A stretch of 64,000 nucleotides of DNA from Chrysomallon squamiferum (lineage: Eukaryota > Animalia > Mollusca), in the NCBI GenBank assembly GCA_012295275.1, contig CM022667.1, forward strand, positions 7,316,001-7,380,000, read 5' to 3'. The translations under genes and the position numbers were made by a program. Below the pieces are notes generated by a model, which did not search any database, was not told where the DNA came from, and was given only the letters and a program-made list of their open reading frames with translations. Shown here in pieces: positions 14,045 through 26,399 of this stretch (within the stretch, counting starts at the first letter, position 1; every line of letters starts with the position of its first letter).

Positions 14045-15620
14045 CTACACAACACTTACACTCAACACACACAACACTTACACACAACACTTACACTCAA
14101 CACTTACACACAACACTTACACACAACACTTACACACAACACTTACACTCAACACTTACACACAGCACTTACACACAGCACTTATACACATCACTTACAC
14201 ACAGCACTTACACACAGCACTTACACTCAACACTTACACACAACACACACAACACTTACACACAACACAAACAACACTTACACACAACACTTACACACAA
14301 CACTTACACACAGCACACACAACACAACACACACAACACTTACACACAACACAAACAACACTTACACACAACACTTACACACAACACTTACACACAACAC
14401 ACACAACACAACACACACAACACAAACACACACAACACAAACAACACTTACACACAACACTTACACACACAACACTTACACACACACAACACACACACAA
14501 CACTTACACACAACACAAACAACACTTACACACAACACTTACACACAACACTTACACACAACACTTACACACAACACTTACACACAACACTTACACACAA
14601 CACTTACACACAACACTTACACACAACACACACACAACACACACACAACACTTACACACAACACTTACACACAACACTTACAACACACACACACACAACA
14701 CACACAACACTTACACACAACACAACACACACACACACACAACACACACACAACACTTACACACAACACACACACACACAGCACTTACACACAACACACA
14801 CACAACACTTCACACACACAACACTTACACACACACACACACACAACACTTACACACAACACTTACACACAACACTTACACACACAGCACTTACACACAA
14901 CACACAACACAACACTACACACAACACTTCACACACACAGCACTTACACACAACACACACAACACTTACACACAACACACACAACACTTACACACAACAC
15001 TTACACACAACACACAACAAACAACACAACACTTACACACAACACTTACACAACACTTACACACACACACAACACACACACACAACACACACAACACACA
15101 CACACAACAACACAACACTTACACAACAACACTTACACACAACACTTACACACACACACAGCACTTACACACACACAACAACACACACACACACAACACT
15201 TACACACAACACACAAACAACACTTACACACAACACACACACACACAAACAACTTACACACAACAATACACACACACAACACTTACACACAACACTTACA
15301 CACAACAACACTTACACACAACACACACACACACACACAGCACTTACACTCACAACACTTACACACAACACTTACACTCAACACTTTACACACAAAACTT
15401 TACACACAACACACACAACAACACACACAACACTTACACACAACACTTACACACAGCACTTACATTCAACACTTACACACAACACTTACACTCAACACTT
15501 ACACACAAAACTTACACTCAACACACACAACACTTACACACAACACTTACACACAACACTTACACACAGCACTTACATTCAACACTTACACACAACACTT
15601 ACACACAACACTGACACACA
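14045..15620. repeat. CA-rich degenerate satellite (13-bp core CAACACTTACACA)
   Basis: A 1.6-kb tract with almost no G on the + strand. It produces the spurious T/H/Q/N ORFs 14033..15643 and 14035..15639. Confidence 0.95.
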
Positions 15621-16195
15621 GTATGATTGTACTAAGTAGATGAATTCACTATATTTAAAAACACAAATCTTTACAATAAAAAGAAGTATTTTTTGCTCAG
15701 CCACTGTTGTCTTTGAAGTTACTTTCTTGCATTCATATCTGCCTCATGCACCACTCCCTACACACAGCAGGACTGAATTACAGCACATTCCCAGAAGTCC
15801 TCTCTCTTTACAAGCTGTAATCCTTCAAGAAAAGCCTGAGATCTCATTTCAAAGCTTATTCAGTCTTACTGTGTGAGCTCATCGACCAGGCTGTGATAAT
15901 CTCCTACTAAAGTGAGCACACATGTACTCACCATTGACAGGCATTATTAACAAATGTAGTGAGCAGTGATGCAGTACTGACTATGAAACATGAAACATGA
16001 CTATCTAACTATGAAACATTTGTAACCCCCAACTCAACACACACCCACCCCAACCTCCTTTACCCAGTGAGCCTGCTAACAACAAAGTGATGCTTACTTC
16101 AGTTTATAAACATGAGGCAGGGAACTGGCAACATTTAATGATTCTCAACGTGCTGACTGACTCATAACAAGATTTTATTTGATATATTCTGTGCT

Positions 16196-19100
16196 GCAGT
16201 GTTTCTGTCCATTGTAGTGTTTCTGACCAGTGTAGTGTTTTGCTGTCCATTGTAGTGTGTTGCTGTCCATTGCAGTGTTTTTCTGTCCATTGTAGTGTGT
16301 TGCTGTCCATTGTAGTGTGTTACTGTAATCTGTTGTCCATTGTAGTGTGTTGCTGTCCATTGCAGTGTTTTTCTGTCCATTGTAGTGGGTGTCTGTCCAT
16401 TGTAGTGTGTTGCTGACCATTGTAGTGGGTGTCTATCCATTGTAGTGTGTTACTGTAATCTGTTGTCCATTGTAGTGTGTTGCTGTAATCTGTTGTCCAT
16501 TGTAGTGTGTTACTGTAATCTGGTGTCCATTGTAGTGTGTTACTGTAATCTGTTGTCCATTGTAGTGTGTTACTGTAATCTGTTGTCCATTGTAGTGTGT
16601 TGCTGACCATTGTAGTGGGTGTCTATCCATTGTAGTGTGTTACTGTAATCTGTTGTCCATTGTAGTGTGTTGCTGTCCATTGCAGTGTTTTTCTGTCCAT
16701 TGTAGTGTGTTGCTGTCCATTGTAGTGGGTGTCTGTCCATTGTAGTGTGTTGCTGACCATTGCAGTGTTTTTCTGTCCATTGTAGTGTGTTGCTGTCCAT
16801 TGTAGTGGGTGTCTGTCCATTGTAGTGTGTTGCTGACCATTGTAGTGGGTGTCTATCCATTGTAGTGTGTTGCTGTCCATTGTAGTGTGTTGCTGTCCAT
16901 TGTAGTGGGTGTCTGTCCATTGTAGTGTGTTTCTGTCCATTGTCGTGTGTTTCTGTCCATTGTAGTGGGTGTCTGTCCATTGTAGTGTGTTGCTGTCCAT
17001 TGTAGTGTGTTGCTGTCCATTGCAGTGTTTTTCTGTCCATTGTAGTGTGTTGCTGTCCATTGTAGTGGGTTGTCTGTCCATTGTAGTTGTGTTTCTGACC
17101 ATTGTAGTGGGTGTCTGTCCATTGTAGTGTGTTGCTGTCCATTGTAGTGGGTGTCTGTCCATTGTAGTGTGTTGCTGTCCATTGTAGTGTGTTTCTGTCC
17201 ATTGTAGTGTGTTTCTGTCCATTGTCGTGTGTTTCTGTCCATTGTAGTGGGTGTCTGTCCATTGTAGTGTGTTGCTGACCATTGTAGTGTGTTTCTGTCC
17301 ATTGTAGTGTGTTTCTGTCCATTGTAGTGTGTTTCTGTCCATTGTCGTGTGTTTCTGTCCATTGTCGTGTGTTTCTGTCCATTGTAGTGTGTTGTTGTCC
17401 ATTGTAGTGTGTTGCTAACCATTATAGTGGGTGTCTGTCCATTGTAGTGTGTTGCTGTCCATTGTAGTGTGTTTCTGTCCATTGTAGTGTGTTGCTGTCC
17501 ATTGTAGTGTGTTGCTGTCCATTGTAGTGGGTGTCTGTCCATTGTAGTGTGTTGCTGTCCATTGCAGTGTTTTTCTGTCCATTGTAGTGTGTTGCTGTCC
17601 ATTGTAGTGGGTGTCTGTCCATTGTAGTGTGTTGCTGACCATTGTAGTGGGTGTCTATCCATTGTAGTGTGTTGCTGTCCATTGTAGTGTGTTTCTGTCC
17701 ATTGTAGTGTGTTTCTGTCCATTGTAGTGTGTTTCTGTCCATTGTAGTGTGTTTATGTTCATTGTAGTGTGTTGTTGTCCATTGTAGTGTGTTGCTAACC
17801 ATTATAGTGGGTGTCTGTCCATTGTAGTGTGTTGCTGTCCATTGTAGTGTGTTTCTGTCCATTGTAGTGTGTTGCTGTCCATTGTAGTGGGTTTATGTCC
17901 ATTGTAGTGTGTTGTTGTCCATTGTAGTGTGTTGCTGTCCATTGTAGTGGGTGTCTGTCCATTGTAGTGTGTTTCTGTCCATTGTGGTGTGTTTCTGTCC
18001 ATTGTAGTGGGTGTCTGTCCATTGTAGTGTGTTGCTGTCCATTGTAGTGTGTTTCTGTCCATTGTAGTGTGTTTCTGTCCATTGTAGTGTGTTTCTGTCC
18101 ATTGTAGTGTGTTTCTGTCCATTGTAGTGTGTTTCTGTCCATTGTAGTAGTGTTCCATTGTAGTGTGTTTCTGTCCATTGTAGTGTGTTTCTGTCCATTG
18201 TAGTGTGTTTCTGTCCATTGTAGTAGTGTTCCATTGTAGTGTGTTTCTGTCCATTGTAGTGTGTTTCTGTCCATTGTAGTGTGTTTCTGTCCATTGTAGT
18301 AGTGTTCCATTGTAGTGTGTTTCTGTCCATTGTAGTGTGTTTCTGTCCATTGTAGTGTGTTTCTGTCCATTGTAGTGTGTTTCTGTCCATTGTAGTGTGT
18401 TTCTGTCCATTGTAGTGTGTTGCTGTCCATTGTAGTGTGTTTCTGTCCATTGTAGCGTGTTGCTGTCCATTGTAGTAGTGTTCCATTGTAGTGTGTGTCT
18501 GTCCATTGTAGCGTGTTGCTGTCCGTTGTAGTGTGTTGCTGTCCATTGTAGTGTTTTTCTGTCCATTGCAGTGTTTTTCTGTCCATTGTAGTGTGTTGCT
18601 GTCCATTGTAGTGGGTGTCTGTCCATTGTAGTGTGTTGCTGTCCATTGTAGTGTGTTGCTGTCCATTGTAGTGTGTTGCTGTCCATTGTAGTGGGTGTCT
18701 GTCCATTGTAGTGTGTTTCTGTCCATTGTGGTGTGTTTCTGTCCATTGTAGTGGGTGTCTGTCCATTGTAGTGTGTTGCTGACCATTGTAGTGTGTTTCT
18801 GTCCATTGCAGTGTGTTTCTGTCCATTGTAGTGTGTTTCTGTCCATTGTAGTAGTGTTCCATTGTAGTGTGTTTCTGTCCATTGTAGTGTGTTTCTGTCC
18901 ATTGTAGTAGTGTTCCATTGTAGTGTGTTTCTGTCCATTGTAGTGTGTTTCTGTCCATTGTAGTGTGTTTCTGTCCATTGTAGTAGTGTTCCATTGTAGT
19001 GTGTTTCTGTCCATTGTAGTGTGTTTCTGTCCATTGTGTTTCTGTCCATTGTAGTAGTGTTCCATTGTAGTGTGTCTCTGTCCATTGTAGTGTGTTTCTG

Positions 19101-19664
19101 TCCATTGTAGTAGTGTTCCATTGTGTGTTTCTGTCCATTGTAGTGTGTTTCTGTCCATTGTAGTGTGTTTCTGTCCATTGTAGTGTGTTTCTGTCCATTG
19201 TAGTGTGTCTCTGTCCATTGTAGTGTGTTTCTGTCCATTGTAGTGTGTTTCTGTCCATTGTAGTAGTGTTCCATTGTAGTGTGTTTCTGTCCATTGTAGT
19301 GTGTTTCTGTCCATTGTAGTAGTGTGTCCATTGTAGTGTGTTTCTGTCCATTGTAGTGTGTGTGTCCATTGTAGTGTGTTTCTGTCCATTGTAGTGTGTT
19401 TCTGTCCATTGTAGTGTGTTCCATTGTAGTGTGTTTCTGTCCATTGTAGTGTGTTTCTGTCCATTGTAGTGTGTTTCTGTCCATTGTAGTGTGTTTCTGT
19501 CCATTGTAGTAGTGTTCCATTGTAGTGTGTCTCTGTCCATTGTAGTGTGTTTCTGTCCATTGTGGTGTGTTTCTGTCCATTGTAGTGTGTTTCTGTCCAT
19601 TGTAGTAGTGTTCCATTGTAGTGTGTCTCTGTCCATTGTAGTGTGTTTCTGTCCATTGTAGTGT
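16196..19664. repeat. 20-bp satellite array (GTCCATTGTAGTGTGTTTCT), ~3.5 kb, with variant subdomains
   Basis: Tandem units are directly visible, with 30-bp, GGGT and 17-bp variants. It is the source of all the [16 protein letters not shown] ORFs. Confidence 0.97.
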
Positions 19665-19890
19665 GTGTCTGTCTACTGTGGTATGTGTCTGTCTACTGTG
19701 GTGTGTGTCTGTCTACTGTGGTATGTGTCTGTCTACTGTGGTCTGTGTCTGTCTACTGTCGTGTGTGTCTGTCTACTGTGGTATGTGTCTGTCTACTGTG
19801 GTATGTGTCTGTCTACTGTAGTGTGTGTCTGTCTACTGTGGTATGTGTCTGTCTACTGTGGTATGTGTCTGTCTACTGTGGTATGTGTCT
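19665..19890. repeat. related 20-bp repeat (GTGTCTGTCTACTGTGGTAT), ~11 copies
   Basis: Contiguous with the main satellite and has the same period. Confidence 0.92.
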
Positions 19891-21151
19891 CTCCATGTTA
19901 AACTGATGTTTGTAAAACTTAGTCACCTCTCTACTCAGCATTGTCATCATAATTTTCCAGTTTTATTTTCAGTCATATGCTTTATTTTCATGCCTGTGTT
20001 TGTTTGTCTACTGACTGTCAGACAGCTGGTAAATGTGAGTTAATAGTTTAATGGGTTTGTTAATTTCAGAAAACATGTTGCACTTCAGTAAACATTCAGT
20101 GGGAACTGTCCATCATGCACACCAGTTGTTGTACAATCACTGTTCAGTTATTTATAATATTGTTTACAGTAAAGTAAAATGACTGTTCAATTATTGTTTA
20201 TAATTGTACACTGTTCAGTTATTGTTTATAATTGTACACTGTTCTCTTACTGTTTACTAAACTGTACAGTCACTTTTTGTTTTATTAGTTAATTTTAAGA
20301 TGTATCAAGAACCTATGTAATGAAGTAGAGAGAGGGAAGTGAATGTGTAAAACTTTATAAATTTCTGGAAACATCTGTGACAGGCAGTGAAAGTTACAGC
20401 AACAGAATCCTTTCCACATGAGATGTTAGAATCATTTCATCATGTGAAATTTGGTAAGCATTAACCCTTTATATCTTATCTCCTTGTCTGCAGTTCAAGA
20501 GTGTGCCATGCTGTAGAGAGAAAGATCCTATCTCTCTCTCATCAGGGTTTCTGTCTGTCTGTTCTCACAGATAGCTGAGTGTGTAATAAACATTAAAACA
20601 ATCTCAAACTGGCAGACCTCTGTGGTCACCACAGACACGTCTGTACATCATTCTATCAGTTACTAACTCACACCAGTTTGGTCAAATATTTCACAATCTT
20701 CATCACTGTTAGATACAGTGCCATTACATATAAGTATTTTTGTAAAAATCTACTATCAGAAGTATTTTGATAAAAGCAAACTGTTTATCACTAAAACATA
20801 GAAATATTGTGTTAATAATCTGCATTAAATATTTATAATGATCATACAGAAGTACTTTTTAAAAAATCTGTTACAAGCATTTTGTAAACATCTGTACTTA
20901 GTTTTTATTATTATGACACAGAAGTACTCTGATAACATTAATATTTATCATCATTTGTTATAAATACAGTGTATAACTAATAAAAAAAAGGTCTATGGGA
21001 AGGTATTTATAAAAAAGTACTAATTGGTGCTAATTTCAGTGTTTTGTTAGCTGTATGTTTCTCACTCATGTGACAAGATTAAACTGTGTGACATATTTCA
21101 CTGTGTGGGAATTCCACGTTTTATCAGAAAACACAAAGTGTAACACAGCCT

Positions 21152-21200
<49 letters not shown>

Positions 21201-21944
21201 CTCTACACAGTGTCCCAGTTTTTAACAGTCAGTGCAAAACTGAATTTGTCCTTAATTCTTTAGTTAGTTAGTCATTTGTTTATTCCATTTATTTATTGTT
21301 AACTATTATGATTATTATTATTATTATTAATGGTTTTTTATACAGAAATTAGTTTTTAATCTTAAAATCGATGAGCAAGCATTGTTTGTTACTAAGGTAA
21401 TATAATTAGTGAAAAAAGCCTACACTTATTTAGTATATTTCACAAACATTAAACTAAAGAACCCTGTTTATTTGTGATTAAACTAAAAACTATATATTCA
21501 TTTAGCATATATCAGAATCATTATGGTTAGATGAAACAAGCAAAAAACATACAGGCCTAATAATAATTTAATACAGATCTGAAAACTTGTGTCTAGAAGC
21601 AAAGAAAAAATACATATTAATTTAGTATATACTAGTAAGTACTGAAAGCTTATGGCTAGAAATAAAATTTAAAAAAACACATATTAATTTAGTATTTACT
21701 GAAATTTGGTTGTATTAACTGCCTCGTCAAGCAGACTGAATTACCAATGACAAGAACTTTACACCAGTGACTAATAACACTCTACTCTCATTTCCTTTCA
21801 TCTTCTACACTGGTGTGTACAAATGGAAGTTGTAAACAAAAACCTGATCTAACACAAAGCAGTATCATCCTTTTAACCCACTGTTTAAACACTGAGGTAA
21901 AAGCTTAGACTAGAAATAAACATTTTACTAATGTTGGCTAAATT

Positions 21945-22312
21945 ATCAATAACATTAATAAACTGTCCAAATTACTGACAACATTAATAAACTGTCCAAA
22001 TTACCAATATCATTAATAAACTGTCCAAATTAACAATAACATTAATAAACTGTCCAAATTACTGACAACATTAATAAACTGTCCAAGTTACCAATATCAT
22101 TAATACACTGTCCAAATTAACAATATCATTAATACACTGTCCAAATTAACAATATCATTAATACACTGTCCAAATTAACAATATCATTAATAAACTGTCC
22201 AAATTACTGACAACATTAATAAACTGTCCAAATTACTGACAACATTAATAAACTGTCCAAATTACTGACAACCTGGCTGAATTAACCACAACATTAATAA
22301 ACTGGGTAAATT
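21945..22312. repeat. ~29-bp minisatellite, ~12 copies
   Basis: Unit AACATTAATAAACTGTCCAAATTACTGAC. Confidence 0.92.
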
Positions 22313-22396
22313 AAGCTTAGCAGTGTTTATCTAATAACACCTCAGAGTATGTCACCATACACACTATATATAGTCACTGAATCTGTCACTATGCAT

Positions 22397-22848
22397 ATTG
22401 TCACTATCACTGTGTGCCATTAAGCACTGTACTGTCACTATACACACTGTGACACTGATATCTTTGTCACTAGGCACATTGTCACTATCACTGTGTGTCA
22501 TTAAGCACTGTACTATCACTCATATACACACTGTGACACTGATATCTTTGTCACTAGGCACATTGTCACTATCACTGTGTGTCATTAACTGTGACACTGA
22601 TATCTTTGTCACTAGGCACATTGTCACTATCACTGTGTGTCATTAAGCACTGTACTATCACTCACTATACACACTGTGACACTAATATCTTTGTCACTAG
22701 GCATATTGTCACTATCACTGTGTGTCATTAAGCACTGTACTGTCACTATACACACTGTGACACTGATATCTTTGTCACTAGGCACATTGTCACTATCACT
22801 GTGTGTCATTAAGCACTGTACTGTCACTATCTATTGTCACTGTCACTG
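22397..22848. repeat. ~81-bp composite minisatellite rich in GTCACT/CACTGT, ~5 copies
   Basis: Recurrent ATTGTCACTATCACTGTGTGTCATTAAGCACTGTACT...GTGACACTGATATCTTTGTCACTAGGCAC. Confidence 0.9.
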
Positions 22849-23654
22849 AGGTTTTTTTTCTTATGGATGTGATATTATAGTCCTGTACAAACAATACCAA
22901 GAAGGCAATTTCCATGCTGTTGAATATTCACTGTTGTAACATACAGAGTCAGTTTTCTAACCACTGAATAAATGTATGAGATGCTAACAGTCATTCTCCT
23001 ACTGAATTACATTTTAAACTTTACCGCATATTACAGAACATCCAAAACACACACACAGACACACAAACACACACACACATAGTGATAATGGTATATATAT
23101 ATATGTATGTATGTATGTATGTGTGTATGTGATGTATATGAGTGTGTGTGTGTATATGTGTTGTATATGTATACAAACACACACATTCACTCAACTACAC
23201 ATATACAGACCCACACACATACAGAAACAAACACACATACAGAAACAAACACACATACACACACACATACACATACAAACATTAAGTGATTATTATGTAG
23301 TAAAAATTATGACTTAGTTACCGATCAAGTTTCACAATCCAACTGTGTAATTAAACAAGATTGTGTAAATTAAACTTTTTAAATCCTATTTCAAACAAAC
23401 TTATACAAATTCATTTTTCAATTTTCCTCATTGTAAACTATTTAATAGCACAATTTCCTCTTTAGAAATATGAGATCAGAGGGAAAAAAAGACATGAAAA
23501 GAATTTCACATAAAAAGTTGTGTGTTTCAGGATGAAGGTCAACCCTGAATTAAAGGTCACATTTCAGTCTAGATCAGTTTCAGCTACTTGCTTCCCCCTT
23601 CCCTACAAGAAACAGTTTATGTTCCATGCTGTTATTAATTCACAATGGTACTTA

Positions 23655-23734
23655 TTAACCCTTCATACAAGTGTATCCTGCATTCAGAGTGTATGTAATA
23701 AATTCAACAGAAAGCTACACCAGTGAAGGGTTAA
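23655..23734. mobile_element. possible piggyBac-type micro-MITE remnant
   Basis: TTAA|CCCTTCA...TGAAGGG|TTAA. This is an 11-bp perfect inverted repeat counting the TTAA target-like ends, around a 72-bp body. Confidence 0.3.
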
Positions 23735-24410
23735 AGTGTGTTCAAACAACAGTTGTTTCAAAGGAATTCTTTAATAAAAAAAATTTAAAAAAAGATTAAA
23801 GAGTAAGCTTTCAGCAAACTTGATAAATATTTATTTTACAGCTTTGGACCCTTCCATTACAGCAGGAGACACCACCTATTTTTAGACCAATCAGAAAAAG
23901 CCTTTCAGTATGTGGGAGGGGTCAAAAAAGTGAGCCAGTTATTTTGAGTGTGTTTTTCATTTCTTATCTCTGTAACACATGCACACACTCACAGAACTCA
24001 CACACACACGCTCATACATTCTCACAACTCACACACAATTCATACACACACAACTCACACACATACACTCTCACAACTCACACCTCACACACAACTCACT
24101 CAACATTATAATTATATACATATACACATAATAGATACACATACACATTTATAAACACACATACACTCATACACACACACATACACTCATACACACACAC
24201 TCACACTCATACATACACTTACTCAAGAACACCAAAAGCACTTACATATAAAATTGTGAAATAATTTTAGTGTTTTCATTTAAATACTAAAGAGTAAAAC
24301 TTGAATCAGATTAAAGATGAATTTTAAACCTATTACTCTTCAGTGAGCTCTCTACAAGATGTACTGTGAGCACACTAGAAAATTTTAGCTTAGATGAGCA
24401 AAGTAGAAGA

Positions 24411-24633
24411 TGTTTAAGTGAGCATATTATAGTCTGTTACTGTTTAAGTGAGCATATTATAGTCTGTTACTGTTTAAGTGAGCATATTATAGTCTGTTAC
24501 TGTTTAAGTGAGCATATTATAGTCTGTTACTGTTTAAGTGAGCATATTATAGTCTGTTACTGTTTAAGTGAGCATATTATAGTCTGTTACTGTTTAAGTG
24601 AGCATATTATAGTCTGTTACTGTTTAAGTGAGC
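24411..24633. repeat. perfect 30-bp minisatellite, ~7.4 copies
   Basis: Identical units TGTTTAAGTGAGCATATTATAGTCTGTTAC. Confidence 0.97.
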
Positions 24634-24779
24634 TTCCTATAAGATATTTTGTGAGCAGACAAGAAGATGTTTAGGTGAGCAATCTAAAACAGTGACACAG
24701 GATAAGCTGCATACTGAGAATGGGACGCAGCCTTCAAATAGCTGTAGAGCCATAGATAAACTACTGTACACCACATTAC

Positions 24780-24828
24780 CTTGCAGCGTGCCAGTCATAG
24801 CCGACATAGGACAAACAAGCTGTGTTTG
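24780..24828 (-). CDS. nkd: candidate alternative exon 4a of nkd (QTQLVCPMSAMTGTLQ + 1 nt), 49 nt, phase 0-1
   Basis: gcttattttcag|CAA ACA CAG...ACG CTG CAA G|gtaatg. It shares length, phase, acceptor end (TTATTTTCAG) and terminal LQ-G|gt with exon 4 at 8921-8969, and keeps two CpGs in a CpG-depleted intron. Confidence 0.5.
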
Positions 24829-26362
24829 CTGAAAATAAGCATACAGCACAAAACTAAGTCGCAATTTATCCACCAGCAGACAGCATGAATGAAAGGATTT
24901 CACCAACACAGTCTCTAGCAAGATGTTGGTGTTGTGAAAATCTCTCACACAGGGCAGACCAGTGCATTCTCCTCCATGACAAGTCTAAAATGTCTAAACA
25001 AACCAGGAGCAGCAGAAGATAGCACAAGGAATTCGGTGCAACATTTTCTCCAGACTTTTTTAACTCCACAAAACTTTTTATAAACTTAAAAATTCTAACA
25101 CCCTAATTTAGAAATGTATAGACAATAAAATGTGATATCTTTGATGATGGAAAGTGATACTACAGACTTTACAAAGATTAGAAAAAACATCCTGACAGAT
25201 TTAAAAGCAATTAAGACACAGTGTAGAGTTGTATTCTTTCATTATATTAACCCTATCACTGTAGTAATGATCTCAGTTAATCTTGTCATTCAAAGAGTTA
25301 ACTTTGTGAAATATCTACAATTCCAACAGCAAACTTGCTATGTTTGGCAGAAAACACAAAACAGTTTATTTATAATTTCTGACATTTTCTTTTATTGATG
25401 CAACCCACTTCTCAAACACAACATAAAACATTTTTAAATTGATTTCTGGTATTTCAATTTTCATTTTTATTTTCATCTTTTACCTTCTTTTTATTTTATT
25501 ATTAAAAAATAATAATAAAATAAAAAATAAAAATGATAACTGTAAAGTAAAACCAAACTTTAATATATATTGCCTGATACATATAACATATAAAATTATG
25601 TTTTCTGTGGGGTTAAGATCACTTGATGCTAACAGAAGAATGAAATACTTTGTGAGTCAGAATTTGACATCATTTAACTGATGAAAGAAAAATTAATCAT
25701 GTATAAACACATGTAGTGATGTCATAAAATAATTTTAATTTTTATCTAGTGATGTCATAAATAATTTTAATCTTCATCTAGTGATATCATAAATAAAATA
25801 ATTTTTACCTAGCGATGTTAATCTGTTTTAAACAATGTTTGTAAAGAAATATTTTTGAAGAAATGTTTACATTGATATTCACTTTATCTTCATTGACAAA
25901 TCTAAACAATAACAGCTGTAATACGTGGAATTGTGGGTAATCTGATTCAAAGTCAGGAATGTCTGTATGTCTGTCTGTTTATCAGTCATCTTGTTTCAGT
26001 GTACTCTGAAAAAATATGTCATCTATTTCTCAGATAAATTCTTCCTGTTTTCAATCTTTTCTTTTTTTTCTTCTTTTTTTCACCATTCTGAAAATGACGT
26101 AATTTCCCCCCTCTTTTTTCTCTGCTTGGATACTGAAAATGTGCTTGAACTTTCAGTGAATCACTCTGAAATACTTTCTCAGACATTATCATTTTACATC
26201 TGAGTTTTTTCTTTTGTCTGTGTTTGATTCATGTATTTTCAGCTTGTCCTGAACAGATGTTTCAGTCTTCAAATCACATTTTTTTATTAAGCTGTGTTCT
26301 TATAAAACACCATTTATTCTATTTTTAAGTCTTCAATCAATAACAACATGTATGCATTATTA

Positions 26363-26399
<37 letters not shown>

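Noticed and set aside
14033-15643. 534-536 aa Thr/His/Gln/Asn-rich ORFs
   Set aside because: These are translations of a CA-rich satellite that rarely forms stop codons. Two frames are open with the same motifs, and the tract is intronic and antisense to nkd.
16104-19656. Many overlapping ORFs up to 613 aa with [16 protein letters not shown] repeats
   Set aside because: They arise from a 20-bp satellite. All three frames give the same peptide, frame-shifting 17- and 21-bp units are tolerated, and there is no sign of codon-level constraint.
24896-24942. Hairpin as a pre-miRNA
   Set aside because: The stem is too short and imperfect, and I recognise no mature miRNA. It is kept only as a possible splicing element.
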